Assembly: GCA_964600695.1 (NCBI GenBank)
Contig: CAZRKK010000001.1
Span: 168,647 to 232,646 of the forward strand
Direction: 5' to 3'
Length of the DNA stretch: 64,000 nt
DNA from: an uncultured Candidatus Saccharibacteria bacterium
Lineage (GTDB): Bacteria > Patescibacteriota > Doudnabacteria > UBA920
The position numbers and the translations under genes were made by a program. Shown here one piece after another: positions 10,313 through 20,184 of the stretch (position 1 is its first letter; every line of letters begins with the position of its first letter). The notes under the pieces are model-generated. The model searched no databases, was not told where the DNA came from, and saw only the letters and a list, made by a program, of their open reading frames with translations.

Positions 10313-10381
10313 TCTCGGAGACCTATTTTAAACCGGATTACCATGCATATCATACCATGCATATGAATTCTTTTTCAAGAA

Positions 10382-10455
10382 TGGTGGACTGGACGGGAGT
10401 CGAACCCGCTACGAAAGGGTGGTAATCCGGTTCGTCCTACCGAGGAACCCAGCCC
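10382..10455 (-). tRNA. atypical tRNA-like gene (74 nt with encoded CCA). The acceptor stem and T-arm are canonical, but the D-arm and anticodon arm are not. A possible UAC anticodon lies within an extended arm.
   Basis: Reverse complement reads GGGCTGG...GCGGGTTCGACTCCCGTCCAGTCCACCA. The acceptor stem is 7 bp, and the T-stem GCGGG/CCCGT carries a TTCGACT loop. Between them, ACGAA...TTCGT enclose a 15-nt segment rather than a 7-nt loop, and no normal variable loop is present. Confidence 0.5.
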
Positions 10456-10513
10456 ACATACTTATAGCTTTACATAGGGCCGATAAAATCTACTTTAAGA
10501 AAAACTCAAAGTA

Positions 10514-10545
10514 CAATAAATCCCCAGAAATATCTGGGGATAAGT
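10514..10545 (-). terminator. rho-independent terminator downstream of proS
   Basis: Hairpin tccccagaaatatctgggga is followed on the minus strand by a T-rich run. Confidence 0.5.
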
Positions 10546-10579
10546 TATTTAATATTGATTTACGAGTAATTTTTTACTC

Positions 10580-11815
10580 CTAGGATATTTTTGATAACAG
10601 TTCTTCCGTCGTTATCAACTCCGAGTCTTTTGAACTACGGTGTTTAAATTCAACTTTATTTTCGGCCATAGTTTTAGATGATACTACGACTCTATAAGGT
10701 ATCCCGATAAGATCACTGTCTGCAAACTTTTCACCTGCACTTGCATCACGATCATCATATAACACTTCTACTCCTGCAGAAAGCAAAGCTTGATACAAAT
10801 CATCTGCTGATTTAGCCACAGAAGAATCCTTAGAAGAAAGTGAAATTAAGTGAACCTTAAATGGAGCAACGCTTTCTGGCCAAATGATTCCCTTTTCATC
10901 ATTACTCTGCTCGACTATTACACCCATACATCTAGATGGGCCAATTCCATAACAACCCATGATTGGAGTTTGTAAAGAACCATCTTCTGCCGTAAATTTA
11001 AAATTAAAACTATCCGAAAACTTAGTCTTTAATTCAAAAATATTTCCTACTTCGCTACCCTTTGTTTCTCGATAATCTTTTTCGCCACAATCAGTACAAA
11101 TTTTAGCATCATCAAAGATTTCTTTATTTACAGCTAGGCTGCATTTGTTACAAACATAAATAGTGTCTTCACCGCTTGCGGTTTCAACTTGAAACTCATG
11201 TGAATACTTACTAAACGAACCACCTGAAGCTTCAACGTATAAAGCAGGGATACCTAATCGTTCAAAGATTTTTTTGTAAGCACCAGCAACAGACTGATAA
11301 TAATTAGCTAAATCTTCTTCTGAAGTATGAAAGCTATATAAGTCCTTCATTCTAAACTCACGACCACGCATCAATCCAGACTTAGCACGAGCTTCGTCAC
11401 GGAACTTAGTTTGAATTTGGTACACAGCCAAAGGCATGTCTCGGTAAGAAGAAATAACATTCTGAGCCATTGGTGTGACGATTTCTTCGTGAGTTGGACC
11501 TAGAGCTAATTGGTAACCATGCTGAGATTCAACCTTAAACAGAACGTCTAAGCTATTCCAACGACCAGTAGTTTCCCAGTTTTCTTTTGGCTGCATTGCA
11601 GGCATTAAGACCTCTTGTCCACCTATAGCATTCATTTCTTCTCTTATGATGTTTTCTACCTTCTGAAGAACTCTTAAACCTAAAGGGAGGTAAGAATAAA
11701 CACCTGCCATTACTTTTTGAACAAAACCACCTTGTTCTAAGAGCCGTGCATTTACAGATACATCATCCTTAGGTGCTGTCTTTGAAGTTTTTAAAAAATA
11801 TTGTGATTGTTTCAT
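10580..11815 (-). CDS. proS: prolyl-tRNA synthetase, short form without the INS editing domain
   Basis: It has class II motifs. YLPLGLRVLQKVENIIREEM is ProRS-like. At 411 aa it is too short to carry the bacterial insertion domain. Confidence 0.8.
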   Translation of the reverse strand: MKQSQYFLKTSKTAPKDDVSVNARLLEQGGFVQKVMAGVYSYLPLGLRVLQKVENIIREEMNAIGGQEVLMPAMQPKENWETTGRWNSLDVLFKVESQHGYQLALGPTHEEIVTPMAQNVISSYRDMPLAVYQIQTKFRDEARAKSGLMRGREFRMKDLYSFHTSEEDLANYYQSVAGAYKKIFERLGIPALYVEASGGSFSKYSHEFQVETASGEDTIYVCNKCSLAVNKEIFDDAKICTDCGEKDYRETKGSEVGNIFELKTKFSDSFNFKFTAEDGSLQTPIMGCYGIGPSRCMGVIVEQSNDEKGIIWPESVAPFKVHLISLSSKDSSVAKSADDLYQALLSAGVEVLYDDRDASAGEKFADSDLIGIPYRVVVSSKTMAENKVEFKHRSSKDSELITTEELLSKIS

Positions 11816-11832
11816 ATCATTAACCTTTCGAC

Positions 11833-12972
11833 TTAACTAAACAAATTCTTAATTGATTCAAGTTGCCATACATCGCGGGCAGTAATCACAAACATTAATA
11901 GAAGTAATAACATAAACCCAATAGCGTTGGCGTACTGCTCGACAGATTGATTGTTGGGTTTGCCACGAAGTTTTTCTATAATCAAGAACAACATTCGCCC
12001 ACCATCTAATGCTGGGAATGGCAACGTGTTTAATATTGCCAAATTCAATGACAAGAAAGCAGTAAACTGAAGTAACGGCAATAATCCAAGATCAGCAACC
12101 TGACCTGTAAGTTGAGCAATTTTTACTGGACCGCCAACTCCTTTAACACCATCTTTGGAACTAAATATTTTTACAATTCCTGTGGCAATAGCTTTTAATT
12201 GATTCACAGTGGTTTGCGCTCCCTGCCAAACAGCCTGCACAGGACCAAATTTAATCTTACCGTAATAAGCTAAGCCTATCCCTACCAAACCTTTGTCCGC
12301 ATCACCTTCTAAGGAGGTAGTTACATCGGCAGTAATAACTTCATTAATTCGCATAACCTCGAACTTCATTGTCTTGCCACGATTAGCTTTAATGTACTCT
12401 TGTAATTGTTCAATTTGTGTAAAGGCTTGACCATCAACTTTAGTAATGATGTCGCTATCTTTTAAGCCAGCAGCTTGAGCTGGTGAATCTGCTCGGACTT
12501 GACCAATGAGTACTTGCTGTTCCGAAAACTGAGCGTTCTTAGGAACTTCATCTAAACCATTAATAGCAATTGGCAAACCGATCATAAATCCGATAGATAA
12601 AATCACCCATGCTGTAAGTACATTCATCCCCACACCTGCAAATAAAGTTCCGAATCGAGCCAAAAATGATTTATGTGTAAAACTACGAGGATCGGAAGCT
12701 TCGTCATTATCTTCTCCCATGATTTTTACGAAACCACCAAGAGGAATTGCATTGATAGAATAAACCGTAGATTCTGGATCAACTGGCTTCTTACCCCAAA
12801 TCAACTTCCACTTACCATTTTGTTTTTGGATACCAAAAACTCGGGGAGGGAAACCAAATCCAAATTCATGCACACCCATACCACTGCGCTTGGCAACTAT
12901 AAAATGCCCTGCTTCGTGAACAAACACTAGCAAGCTCAGAATTACAATAAAAATTATTACGGTTATTATCAT
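11833..12972 (-). CDS. rseP: RIP zinc metalloprotease (site-2 protease) RseP, with a PDZ domain
   Basis: The HEAGHF (HExxH) motif lies in TM1. A PDZ segment (GDIITKVDGQAF) and a C-terminal LDGG motif are present. Confidence 0.8.
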   Translation of the reverse strand: MIITVIIFIVILSLLVFVHEAGHFIVAKRSGMGVHEFGFGFPPRVFGIQKQNGKWKLIWGKKPVDPESTVYSINAIPLGGFVKIMGEDNDEASDPRSFTHKSFLARFGTLFAGVGMNVLTAWVILSIGFMIGLPIAINGLDEVPKNAQFSEQQVLIGQVRADSPAQAAGLKDSDIITKVDGQAFTQIEQLQEYIKANRGKTMKFEVMRINEVITADVTTSLEGDADKGLVGIGLAYYGKIKFGPVQAVWQGAQTTVNQLKAIATGIVKIFSSKDGVKGVGGPVKIAQLTGQVADLGLLPLLQFTAFLSLNLAILNTLPFPALDGGRMLFLIIEKLRGKPNNQSVEQYANAIGFMLLLLLMFVITARDVWQLESIKNLFS

Positions 12973-12986
12973 TTAATTTTCCCAAC

Positions 12987-13544
12987 CTAAACGGTCATTA
13001 ATTCTTTATCTTTATCACTCGCTGTATCTTTGATTTGATCGTTATATTTATCAACCACCTCTTGAATTTTCTTTTGAGCATGAGCTACATCATCTTTTGT
13101 TATAGAACCATCAGCTTCGGCTTTTTTTACTGCCTTAATGATTTCTTCACGAACTTGTCGGATAGCAATGCGTGCGTTCTCAGAAATCTGACCAACTAGT
13201 TTTACCATTTCTTTACGACGATCTTCTGTTAACATCGGTAAAGTTACTCGGACTACTTGCCCATCACTAGAAGGATTGAATCCTAAATTAGCCACTTGAA
13301 TTCCTTTTTCGATTTCACCAATCTGCGATTTATCCCACGGACTAATAGTTAAAGTTTTAGCATCACTAACAGTCACACTCGCAACCTGCTGAAGAGGTAC
13401 TTTAGAACCATAACTTTCTACCATAACAGTTGCTAATAAAGCTGGATTTGCCCGTCCAGTACGAACACTAGATAGCTCGTGATGAAAATGTTCGATTGAT
13501 TTTTCGAACTGTTCTTTATGTTGATTGATAATATCTTGAATCAT
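12987..13544 (-). CDS. frr: ribosome recycling factor
   Basis: Length is 185 aa. MIQDIINQHKEQFEKSIEHFHHELSSVRTGRANPALL is a typical RRF N-terminus. Confidence 0.9.
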   Translation of the reverse strand: MIQDIINQHKEQFEKSIEHFHHELSSVRTGRANPALLATVMVESYGSKVPLQQVASVTVSDAKTLTISPWDKSQIGEIEKGIQVANLGFNPSSDGQVVRVTLPMLTEDRRKEMVKLVGQISENARIAIRQVREEIIKAVKKAEADGSITKDDVAHAQKKIQEVVDKYNDQIKDTASDKDKELMTV

Positions 13545-13566
13545 ATACTTTTAATTATTTATAAAT

Positions 13567-14619
13567 TTACTTCGAAACACCGGCAAAAGCTAACTGAGGC
13601 AAATCTGGAGTAACTAATAGTGAAGTAACTAGACCATTAGTATTAGTGTCGGTAGAACTCCAATTACGACCACCATCAATTGTTTTAAAAATTATCGAGC
13701 CACTACTGGCATAAACTGTCGACCCAGAACTGGAAGCTACAGAAATCGCAAACGGCCCAGAATTTTTTTGCCCACCAAAGGGCATACTAACATAATTCCA
13801 ACTGTTTCCGCCATCAACAGATTGGTATAAACCTTTATCTGTAGTTAGCCACATACTTTGAGAGTTACTAGGATCGATGGCCAACTGACGGTAGTCTGCA
13901 ATATTATTACCAAAAATCGAGGAACGAGAGCGGTCTGGATTTGCTACTAAACTTTTAGAAATCTGCTGGAAACTTGTGCCATTATCAACGCTCTTGAATA
14001 ATCCTGTTTTTTGAACCACTACATAGACCTCAGAATTACTTTGCCAATAAATCCAACTGATTCTATCGTTGTAATTATTTACTAATCTCCAAGATTGTCC
14101 AGCATCTGAACTTTGAATTAAAGCACCTTTACCTAATCCAATCATGATCTCACTAGGGTTATTAGGATTTAATGCCACAGCCCGAACAGGATTTTTTGTA
14201 CTGGCATCACTGTATACTTCTGTCCAAGATTTTCCACCATCTTTAGTAGCAATTAGGCGACCCCGTTCACCTAAATAACTGGCTGCGTACATTACCTGAT
14301 CATCGTAAGGATTGATCACAAAATCATAAATCGCTACACCACCAAGTACCTCGGTCCAGTTTTCTCCAGCATCCTCTGTGGAATACAAACCTCCGTCAAA
14401 ACTAGAAGCAAAAATCTTTTCTTTATTACCACTAAATTTTAATTGAGAAATGCTACGAGCTAGCAGAGACTTCTCGTTATTCACGATTTTATTTGCAGGT
14501 TGCCAATCAACTCCACCATTCGCGGTTTTTACAATACCCACTTTTATTTCTTGTTGATTAAACGTACACGACGCTCCAATTAAACTGATGGCTATTAATG
14601 AAAGAAAAATCTTTTTCAT
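13567..14619 (-). CDS. lipoprotein with BNR/Asp-box repeats (Ycf48-like beta-propeller)
   Basis: A lipobox is present (LIGASC). Repeated SxDxGxxW boxes occur: TEDAGENW, TKDGGKSW, SSDAGQSW, SVDNGTSF, SVDGGNSW and IDGGRNW. Confidence 0.6.
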   Translation of the reverse strand: MKKIFLSLIAISLIGASCTFNQQEIKVGIVKTANGGVDWQPANKIVNNEKSLLARSISQLKFSGNKEKIFASSFDGGLYSTEDAGENWTEVLGGVAIYDFVINPYDDQVMYAASYLGERGRLIATKDGGKSWTEVYSDASTKNPVRAVALNPNNPSEIMIGLGKGALIQSSDAGQSWRLVNNYNDRISWIYWQSNSEVYVVVQKTGLFKSVDNGTSFQQISKSLVANPDRSRSSIFGNNIADYRQLAIDPSNSQSMWLTTDKGLYQSVDGGNSWNYVSMPFGGQKNSGPFAISVASSSGSTVYASSGSIIFKTIDGGRNWSSTDTNTNGLVTSLLVTPDLPQLAFAGVSK

Positions 14620-14628
14620 ATTTTTGTA

Positions 14629-15492
14629 TTAGTGAGTTTGAATTATAAATTGCTGTAAAACTAATTTTGTATTATAACTTCGTTGTAAATCTTCATTCGT
14701 GTTTTGAGCTACCTTAAGATTATGAATAATAGTAGCTAACATTTCGGGTTTATTGTCTTGGCCAAGATGTTGTTTTAAAGAATGAATCCACAACTTGATT
14801 AACAATTTTAAATCTTCTGTTTCTAGATCAATAAGAGAATTTAAATTCATTAAACCCAAATGACGATCCTGGAGCTTGTTTAACAGTTCACTTACAACCT
14901 TAGTCTTTTCGGGGTCATTCTCTAACCTTTGTAATAATTCGGGATATTCGGAAACAATTGTAACTAAATTTTGCGGTAAGTTTGAATTTACTTTTAAATC
15001 TGCGACAGGAAAGCAACGAATACGAATACATCGAGACATGACTGTTGGCAACACTCCATTACTATTAGCAACTAGTATAAACATACTGCTAGCTGGAGGT
15101 TCTTCTAAAGTTTTTAGCATGATGTTGCTACTCGCAACAGAGGCAAGGTCAAAATTCTTTAGTAAGAAAATTTTACGTGAATTGTTAGCAGAAGTCAGGC
15201 TTGTAAAACCCATTAACTCACGAAGATTTTCTACACTACCAGAGTCTGCGAAGTCGAATTCTAAAATTTCTGCAACGGACTTTTCTTCATCTTTATTGGT
15301 GCTGTTTAGCGCAGAAATCTTTTGGGCAAACTCTTTGGCTAATAAAGTTTTACCCACCCCGCTGGGACCCAAAAACAAAAAAGCATGCGGTAAGTCTTGT
15401 TTAGTAGACTCACGCAAAAAATTGTTCAACAAATTTTTGGCTCCAGACTGCCCCGGAGTCAACCAAATTAAAGATTTCTGATCTATTTTCAC
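14629..15492 (-). CDS. holB: DNA polymerase III delta-prime clamp-loader subunit
   Basis: An AAA+ P-loop (GPSGVGKT) and the clamp-loader SRC motif (MSRCIRIRCFPV) are present. Length is about 287 aa. Confidence 0.65.
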   Translation of the reverse strand: MKIDQKSLIWLTPGQSGAKNLLNNFLRESTKQDLPHAFLFLGPSGVGKTLLAKEFAQKISALNSTNKDEEKSVAEILEFDFADSGSVENLRELMGFTSLTSANNSRKIFLLKNFDLASVASSNIMLKTLEEPPASSMFILVANSNGVLPTVMSRCIRIRCFPVADLKVNSNLPQNLVTIVSEYPELLQRLENDPEKTKVVSELLNKLQDRHLGLMNLNSLIDLETEDLKLLIKLWIHSLKQHLGQDNKPEMLATIIHNLKVAQNTNEDLQRSYNTKLVLQQFIIQTH

Positions 15493-15552
15493 ACATTAAT
15501 TATAACATAAAAACGGCTAAAAACTTAGCCGTTTTAAAGGTTTTAGTTAGTT

Positions 15553-16101
15553 CTATTCAACTGTAATCGAGCCAAAAGCAGAAGGAGTTAAGTGATCATG
15601 AAAACCCCAAGTACCGGTTTTAGTGAATTTGAATTCAAATTTTCCACCCGCAGAAATAGCCTTCTTAGCATCAAATTCAGGATAGTTTGTATGTTGTGGG
15701 TGTGGACCAGAGGCAGGCCAAAAATTCTTATCACTATTATTTTTAAAGATTACGATATCGCCATTCTTGATGGTTAGTTTTGAAGGGCTAAAGGCTGTGC
15801 CAGAGAAGCTGATTTCATGAACAGCGATGTCAGGTGCCTGAATATCATCTTCATTACTGAATCGTGCTTGATCTGTCTGGTCAGCTTTGTCTTTCGGTGC
15901 TGTTGGAGTTGTTGCCGGGCTATTAGTAGTAGAATCATCAGCAACAATTTTATTATCTGAATCAGCTAGTTGTGACTGCGCCTCTACCGAAGACTTGTCA
16001 GCAGATTCAGTGGAAGTTTGAGTTTTTGGCTTCCAAAGTAAAAATGCCGCTGCTCCGACCAGAATCACGATAATCGCAATATATAGTCCTTTGCTTTTCA
16101 T
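15553..16101 (-). CDS. membrane-anchored secreted protein with a low-complexity linker and a C-terminal beta-sandwich-like, His-rich domain
   Basis: An N-terminal TM helix (LYIAIIVILVGAAAFLLW) is followed by a T/P/D-rich linker. The C-terminus reads IKNGDIVIFKNN...HPQHTNYPEF...WGFHDH. Confidence 0.45.
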   Translation of the reverse strand: MKSKGLYIAIIVILVGAAAFLLWKPKTQTSTESADKSSVEAQSQLADSDNKIVADDSTTNSPATTPTAPKDKADQTDQARFSNEDDIQAPDIAVHEISFSGTAFSPSKLTIKNGDIVIFKNNSDKNFWPASGPHPQHTNYPEFDAKKAISAGGKFEFKFTKTGTWGFHDHLTPSAFGSITVE

Positions 16102-16145
16102 ATATTTTATAAGTTAATTATGTTATTTTTATTATATCATCGCTT

Positions 16146-17147
16146 ATGAACACTCTAACGAAAAATTTGATAAAAAGTTACGACCTTATTTGTGTTGTGG
16201 GGCCAACCGCTTCTGGTAAAAGTGAATTGGCTGTTAAACTAGCCAAAAAATATAACGGCGAGATTATCTCGGCTGATAGTCGCCAAATCTATAAAGGTAT
16301 GGATATTGGTTCTGGTAAAGTTGAAGGCAAATGGCAAGCAGTCACAGACACCAAAAAGATAGGAACAAAGAATCCGAAACGATCTTCTAAAAAAACTAAA
16401 GTCTTTATATACAAGACTATTCCGCACTACTTAATTGATGAAGCTAATCCCCGCGCCCAATATTCTGCAGCGAAGTTTCAGCGCCGCGCCCGCGCCGCGA
16501 TTAATGATATTTTAAACCGCGGCAAGTTGCCAATTATTTGTGGTGGCACAGGACACTGGATTGACGCAGTTGTTTACGAAAGCAATTTTCCAAAAGTTAA
16601 ACCTGACAGCACCATAAGACAGATGCTCAGTCATCTGACCAAACAGGAAATGTTTGAGATGTTAAAAAAACTAGATCCTCACCGGGCCGCGGAGTTAGAT
16701 AAAAATAATCCTCACAGATTGATTCGGGCTTTAGAAATTGTCATCACAACTGGAAAACCTGTTCCAAAACTTTCTGGTAATTTGGATGAATCAACCCAAG
16801 AGCGACAAACATTCAATGACTACAAAATCTTATGGCTAGGTTTAAACCCTAGCATGGAAACTTTAGAAAAAAATATTGCGAAGCGTCTTAAGGAAAGATT
16901 GAAGATTGGCATGATAAATGAAGTCTCGGAACTACATAAGCCAACTACTCAAGGTGGGGCTGGTTTGAGTTGGAAAAAACTAGAAGCATTTGGGCTTGAG
17001 TATAAGTACTGTGCCCTATTCTTGCAAAATAAAATCCCATTAGAAGACTTACAACAAGGCATTTTGGTGGCAAGCAGACAATATGCAAAGCGCCAACTAA
17101 CCTGGTGGAAAAGGAATACTGATATCCATTGGTTGGATAAGCCCTAA
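16146..17147 (+). CDS. miaA: tRNA dimethylallyltransferase
   Basis: A P-loop (VVGPTASGKSELA) and ADSRQIYKGMDIGSGK are present. There is a Lys-rich insertion. Confidence 0.85.
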   Translation: MNTLTKNLIKSYDLICVVGPTASGKSELAVKLAKKYNGEIISADSRQIYKGMDIGSGKVEGKWQAVTDTKKIGTKNPKRSSKKTKVFIYKTIPHYLIDEANPRAQYSAAKFQRRARAAINDILNRGKLPIICGGTGHWIDAVVYESNFPKVKPDSTIRQMLSHLTKQEMFEMLKKLDPHRAAELDKNNPHRLIRALEIVITTGKPVPKLSGNLDESTQERQTFNDYKILWLGLNPSMETLEKNIAKRLKERLKIGMINEVSELHKPTTQGGAGLSWKKLEAFGLEYKYCALFLQNKIPLEDLQQGILVASRQYAKRQLTWWKRNTDIHWLDKP

Positions 17148-17262
17148 AACCAAAACCAAAGCAATATTTGAACCTCTTGCCAAAAACCCAGCTTTTTGAT
17201 AGTATTACTTTTCGTTAAGCAAATAGTTGCTTGTCGAAAATCAAAAGTTCAAGGAGAAATAA

Positions 17263-17715
17263 ATGAGTTCAGCCGCAGTAAAAGAATCTCTTAAAATTGA
17301 CGAAAGTCAGAGTATGGGAATGGCCAAATTCTCGGTAGACATACCCGAAGGCCATATCGCGATAATCGAACACAACGGGAATTTTACAGAGATTCCCACG
17401 GTGCCATTTACCGATTCTGTTGTTCACTTTTTAAAGACAGTAACCATGAAAAATGGTTGCGAAATTGAAACCAACCGCGGAGCCACTGTAGTAGAATACA
17501 AATGCTCAGTATTGCCAAAATCCCTGGACAAGCGTAGTATTTCCAAATTTCCAACTTTTGACATTAACAAAATGTTGGAAAGAATTCAGGGTATCGCTGA
17601 TAACTTAGCAGTCATATTGTTCGGAGACGGACTTGTCGGTGTTAATTCACTCACAACCAATATTGTTGCTGAAGGAGAGGAATACGAACTTAGATTTGAG
17701 TTTGAACTCAAATAA
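17263..17715 (+). CDS. hypothetical protein
   Basis: The 150-aa ORF has an aaggag RBS 8 nt upstream and a clean terminator downstream. No recognizable motif was found. Confidence 0.5.
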   Translation: MSSAAVKESLKIDESQSMGMAKFSVDIPEGHIAIIEHNGNFTEIPTVPFTDSVVHFLKTVTMKNGCEIETNRGATVVEYKCSVLPKSLDKRSISKFPTFDINKMLERIQGIADNLAVILFGDGLVGVNSLTTNIVAEGEEYELRFEFELK

Positions 17716-17723
17716 GCAAACAA

Positions 17724-17751
17724 CGACAGCCAACCCTGGCTGTCTTTTTTT
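17724..17751 (+). terminator. rho-independent terminator
   Basis: Hairpin gacagccaaccctggctgtc is followed by tttttttt. Confidence 0.65.
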
Positions 17752-17759
17752 ATACAATT

Positions 17760-18629
17760 TTAATGTTGCAACCACGCTAATAACATCACACCACCAATAG
17801 CCAAAGCAACTCCTAAGTACTGGTGATGTCTTAATCTTTCTCGGTTGATGAACACTCCCAACAAGACAGCAAGAATGATATAACTTTCACTAATAGTAAT
17901 TGCAACAGAAATTGGAATATAAATTACTGCAAATGCAAAAGCTATCCAAGCTACATTATCAAAAGTAATTTCGGCTAGTACTGTAAGAGGGTATGTTTTT
18001 ATATGCCTCATCATCAACCCAAAACGATTAGTAAAAATATAGTAAATCATGCAGGGAATTAAAATTATTAAACTAGTTGCCCAAATACTCATCAAGGGGC
18101 TAGTTTCTTGGCTTGCGTAACCGATAGTAAAATTACCAAGCGCCATCATTATGGCACCTCCAAAGGCCAGCAATGTCCCTTTCTCTAATTTTTTTAAAGC
18201 ACCCTTAAAAACATGACGTCCTTCGGTAACTGTTAAAAATATTCCTGAAAATACCAAAGCAATAATTAAGTAGGTTAACAGATCTAATCTTTCATGACCT
18301 AGAAACCCAGCTATCACAACTGTAAATGGTAATTCCAGACTAGCCACTGGTTCAACAATCGATAACTTCCCTTGTTTGAGTGCGGTAAATAAAAAGAACG
18401 AGGCGCCAATCAACACCACACCAGCAATAAGTAAAATATAAATAGTTCGAGAATCCAGCAATGCTAATTCGTCCCAAACAAAGGGCAACAACACAACTGC
18501 CGCTACAATATCGATAAAGAACATGGCATCAATTATGCCAGTTTTGCGAGATGTTCTTTGAATAAAAAAATCACCAAAGCCCCAGCTGACTAACGCAACC
18601 ACTGCAAAGATGATTCCTAAGTATTCCAT
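17760..18629 (-). CDS. EamA/DMT-family transporter (10 TM)
   Basis: A duplicated 5-TM architecture spans the whole protein, consistent with a drug/metabolite transporter. Confidence 0.65.
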   Translation of the reverse strand: MEYLGIIFAVVALVSWGFGDFFIQRTSRKTGIIDAMFFIDIVAAVVLLPFVWDELALLDSRTIYILLIAGVVLIGASFFLFTALKQGKLSIVEPVASLELPFTVVIAGFLGHERLDLLTYLIIALVFSGIFLTVTEGRHVFKGALKKLEKGTLLAFGGAIMMALGNFTIGYASQETSPLMSIWATSLIILIPCMIYYIFTNRFGLMMRHIKTYPLTVLAEITFDNVAWIAFAFAVIYIPISVAITISESYIILAVLLGVFINRERLRHHQYLGVALAIGGVMLLAWLQH

Positions 18630-18662
18630 AAATTTATTTTTGTTTTAGAAAGTTAAAAACTT

Positions 18663-20183
18663 TTAGCTAAGTTTTTTCTTAAGCAATTCGTTAACCACTT
18701 GTGGATTCGCCTTGCCTTTCATTTCTTTCATTACCGCCCCAACAATAGAACCAAACGCTCGTTCGTTGCCTGCTTTGTAATCCGCAACAGCTTTTTCGTT
18801 CGCAGCCATTGCAACTTCTATAGCTGCTTCGATTGCGCCTTCGTCACTAACTTGAGTTAATCCTAAATCTTCTACGATACCATCTGGTTCACCACCAGTT
18901 TCGTACATCTTTTTAAAGACTTGTTTAGCGGCACTGCTAGAAATTTTTCCACTATCAATTAATTTAACTAGCTCTGCCATATTTTCTGCAGACACTCTTG
19001 ATTCTAATGGATTGGCTAGTTCGCTATTTAGCAAGGCTGAAAAATCCTGTAAACACCAGTTTGCAGCAGATTTAATTAATTTGGCACGAAGTTCTGTATT
19101 ACTAGTACTATCAGCGATCATCCATGCATCAATTTCACTTACAACATTTTCAAAATACTCATTCAACTCTTTCCAACCCAAAAGATCTTCGATTGTATCT
19201 GAGTTCAAACCAAATTCTTGCGCAAAGCGTACACGCTTTTGAGCTGGTAATTCTGGAAGGTTGCCACGTAGATCTTCTATAAACTCTTTTGTAAAATGAA
19301 GTTCTGGCAAATCTGGTTCGGGCATATAACGATAATCATTAGCTTCACCTTTGGTGCGCTGTTCGACAGTAATACTTTGTTTTTCATTCCAACCCATTGT
19401 CACCTGCTTTGGCATTTCACCATTTTCTAACATTTCGATATGACGAGGAATTTCGTAATTAATTGCTGCTTCGGCAAATTTAAAACTGTTGATGTTCTTC
19501 ACTTCAACTTTATACTTCGGTAAAGACTCTTCCCCTGGCTTACGAACAGAAATATTTGGCTCGCAACGCATCGTGCCTTTTTCCATGTCTGCAGTACTAG
19601 CGCCAACATAACGAACTATTCTCTGAAGTTCTTGTAAAAAGATTCGAGCTTCTTCGGCAGTTTCTACGTCAGGCTCAGTAACGATTTCTAGTAATGGTGA
19701 ACCAGCGCGATTGTAATCGACTAACGAATAAGGTAACCCTTCTGGATGGGTATTTTTCCCTGCGTCTTCTTCTAAATGAGCACGAGTGATGCGGATTCTT
19801 TTGGTGTATGCATCAGGATTTGTTTCGCGTTGTGGGTTCGCTGGTACAGAAATCTCAATCCAACCCTTCACTGCGACAGGATGGTCTAACTGAGAGATCT
19901 GATAACCTTTCGGTAAATCTGGGTAAAAATAATGCTTGCGATCAAATTTAGAATATTCGGGAATTTCACAATTAAGAGCTAGACCAACCATTACACCCAA
20001 GCGAACAGCTTCTTTGTTTATAACTGGTAATGTACCAGGTTCGCCTGTTACGACTTCATCTATATTAGTGTTCGGTTCTTTTTGATTAGGATCATTGGGC
20101 GCACTCGAAAACATCTTACTTTTAGTAGCAAGCTGAACGTGGATTTCTAATCCGACAACTGGTTTATAGCCTTTTAATTCCAT
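18663..20183 (-). CDS. gatB: Asp/Glu-tRNA amidotransferase subunit B
   Basis: MELKGYKPVVGLEIHVQLATKSKMFSS and a C-terminal GatB/YqeY domain are present. The start is trimmed from the ORF call to the conserved Met, removing the overlap with gatA. Confidence 0.9.
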   Translation of the reverse strand: MELKGYKPVVGLEIHVQLATKSKMFSSAPNDPNQKEPNTNIDEVVTGEPGTLPVINKEAVRLGVMVGLALNCEIPEYSKFDRKHYFYPDLPKGYQISQLDHPVAVKGWIEISVPANPQRETNPDAYTKRIRITRAHLEEDAGKNTHPEGLPYSLVDYNRAGSPLLEIVTEPDVETAEEARIFLQELQRIVRYVGASTADMEKGTMRCEPNISVRKPGEESLPKYKVEVKNINSFKFAEAAINYEIPRHIEMLENGEMPKQVTMGWNEKQSITVEQRTKGEANDYRYMPEPDLPELHFTKEFIEDLRGNLPELPAQKRVRFAQEFGLNSDTIEDLLGWKELNEYFENVVSEIDAWMIADSTSNTELRAKLIKSAANWCLQDFSALLNSELANPLESRVSAENMAELVKLIDSGKISSSAAKQVFKKMYETGGEPDGIVEDLGLTQVSDEGAIEAAIEVAMAANEKAVADYKAGNERAFGSIVGAVMKEMKGKANPQVVNELLKKKLS

Positions 20184-20184
20184 A

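Noticed and set aside
14876-15481. 201-aa plus-strand ORF antisense to holB. Similar antisense ORFs occur inside lysS, mrdA, mreB, gatA, clpC, recG, radA, uvrD, ileS and the VirB6-like gene.
   Set aside because: Each is embedded in a well-supported gene on the other strand and has a low-complexity or hydrophobic nonsense composition. None has an RBS or promoter context.
15553-16101. Cupredoxin (blue-copper) assignment for the membrane-anchored protein
   Set aside because: The C-terminal domain is His-rich and beta-strand-like, but it lacks the Cys ligand and the H-x(n)-C-x(n)-H-x(n)-M pattern of type 1 copper sites. It is kept as a generic His-rich beta-sandwich protein.
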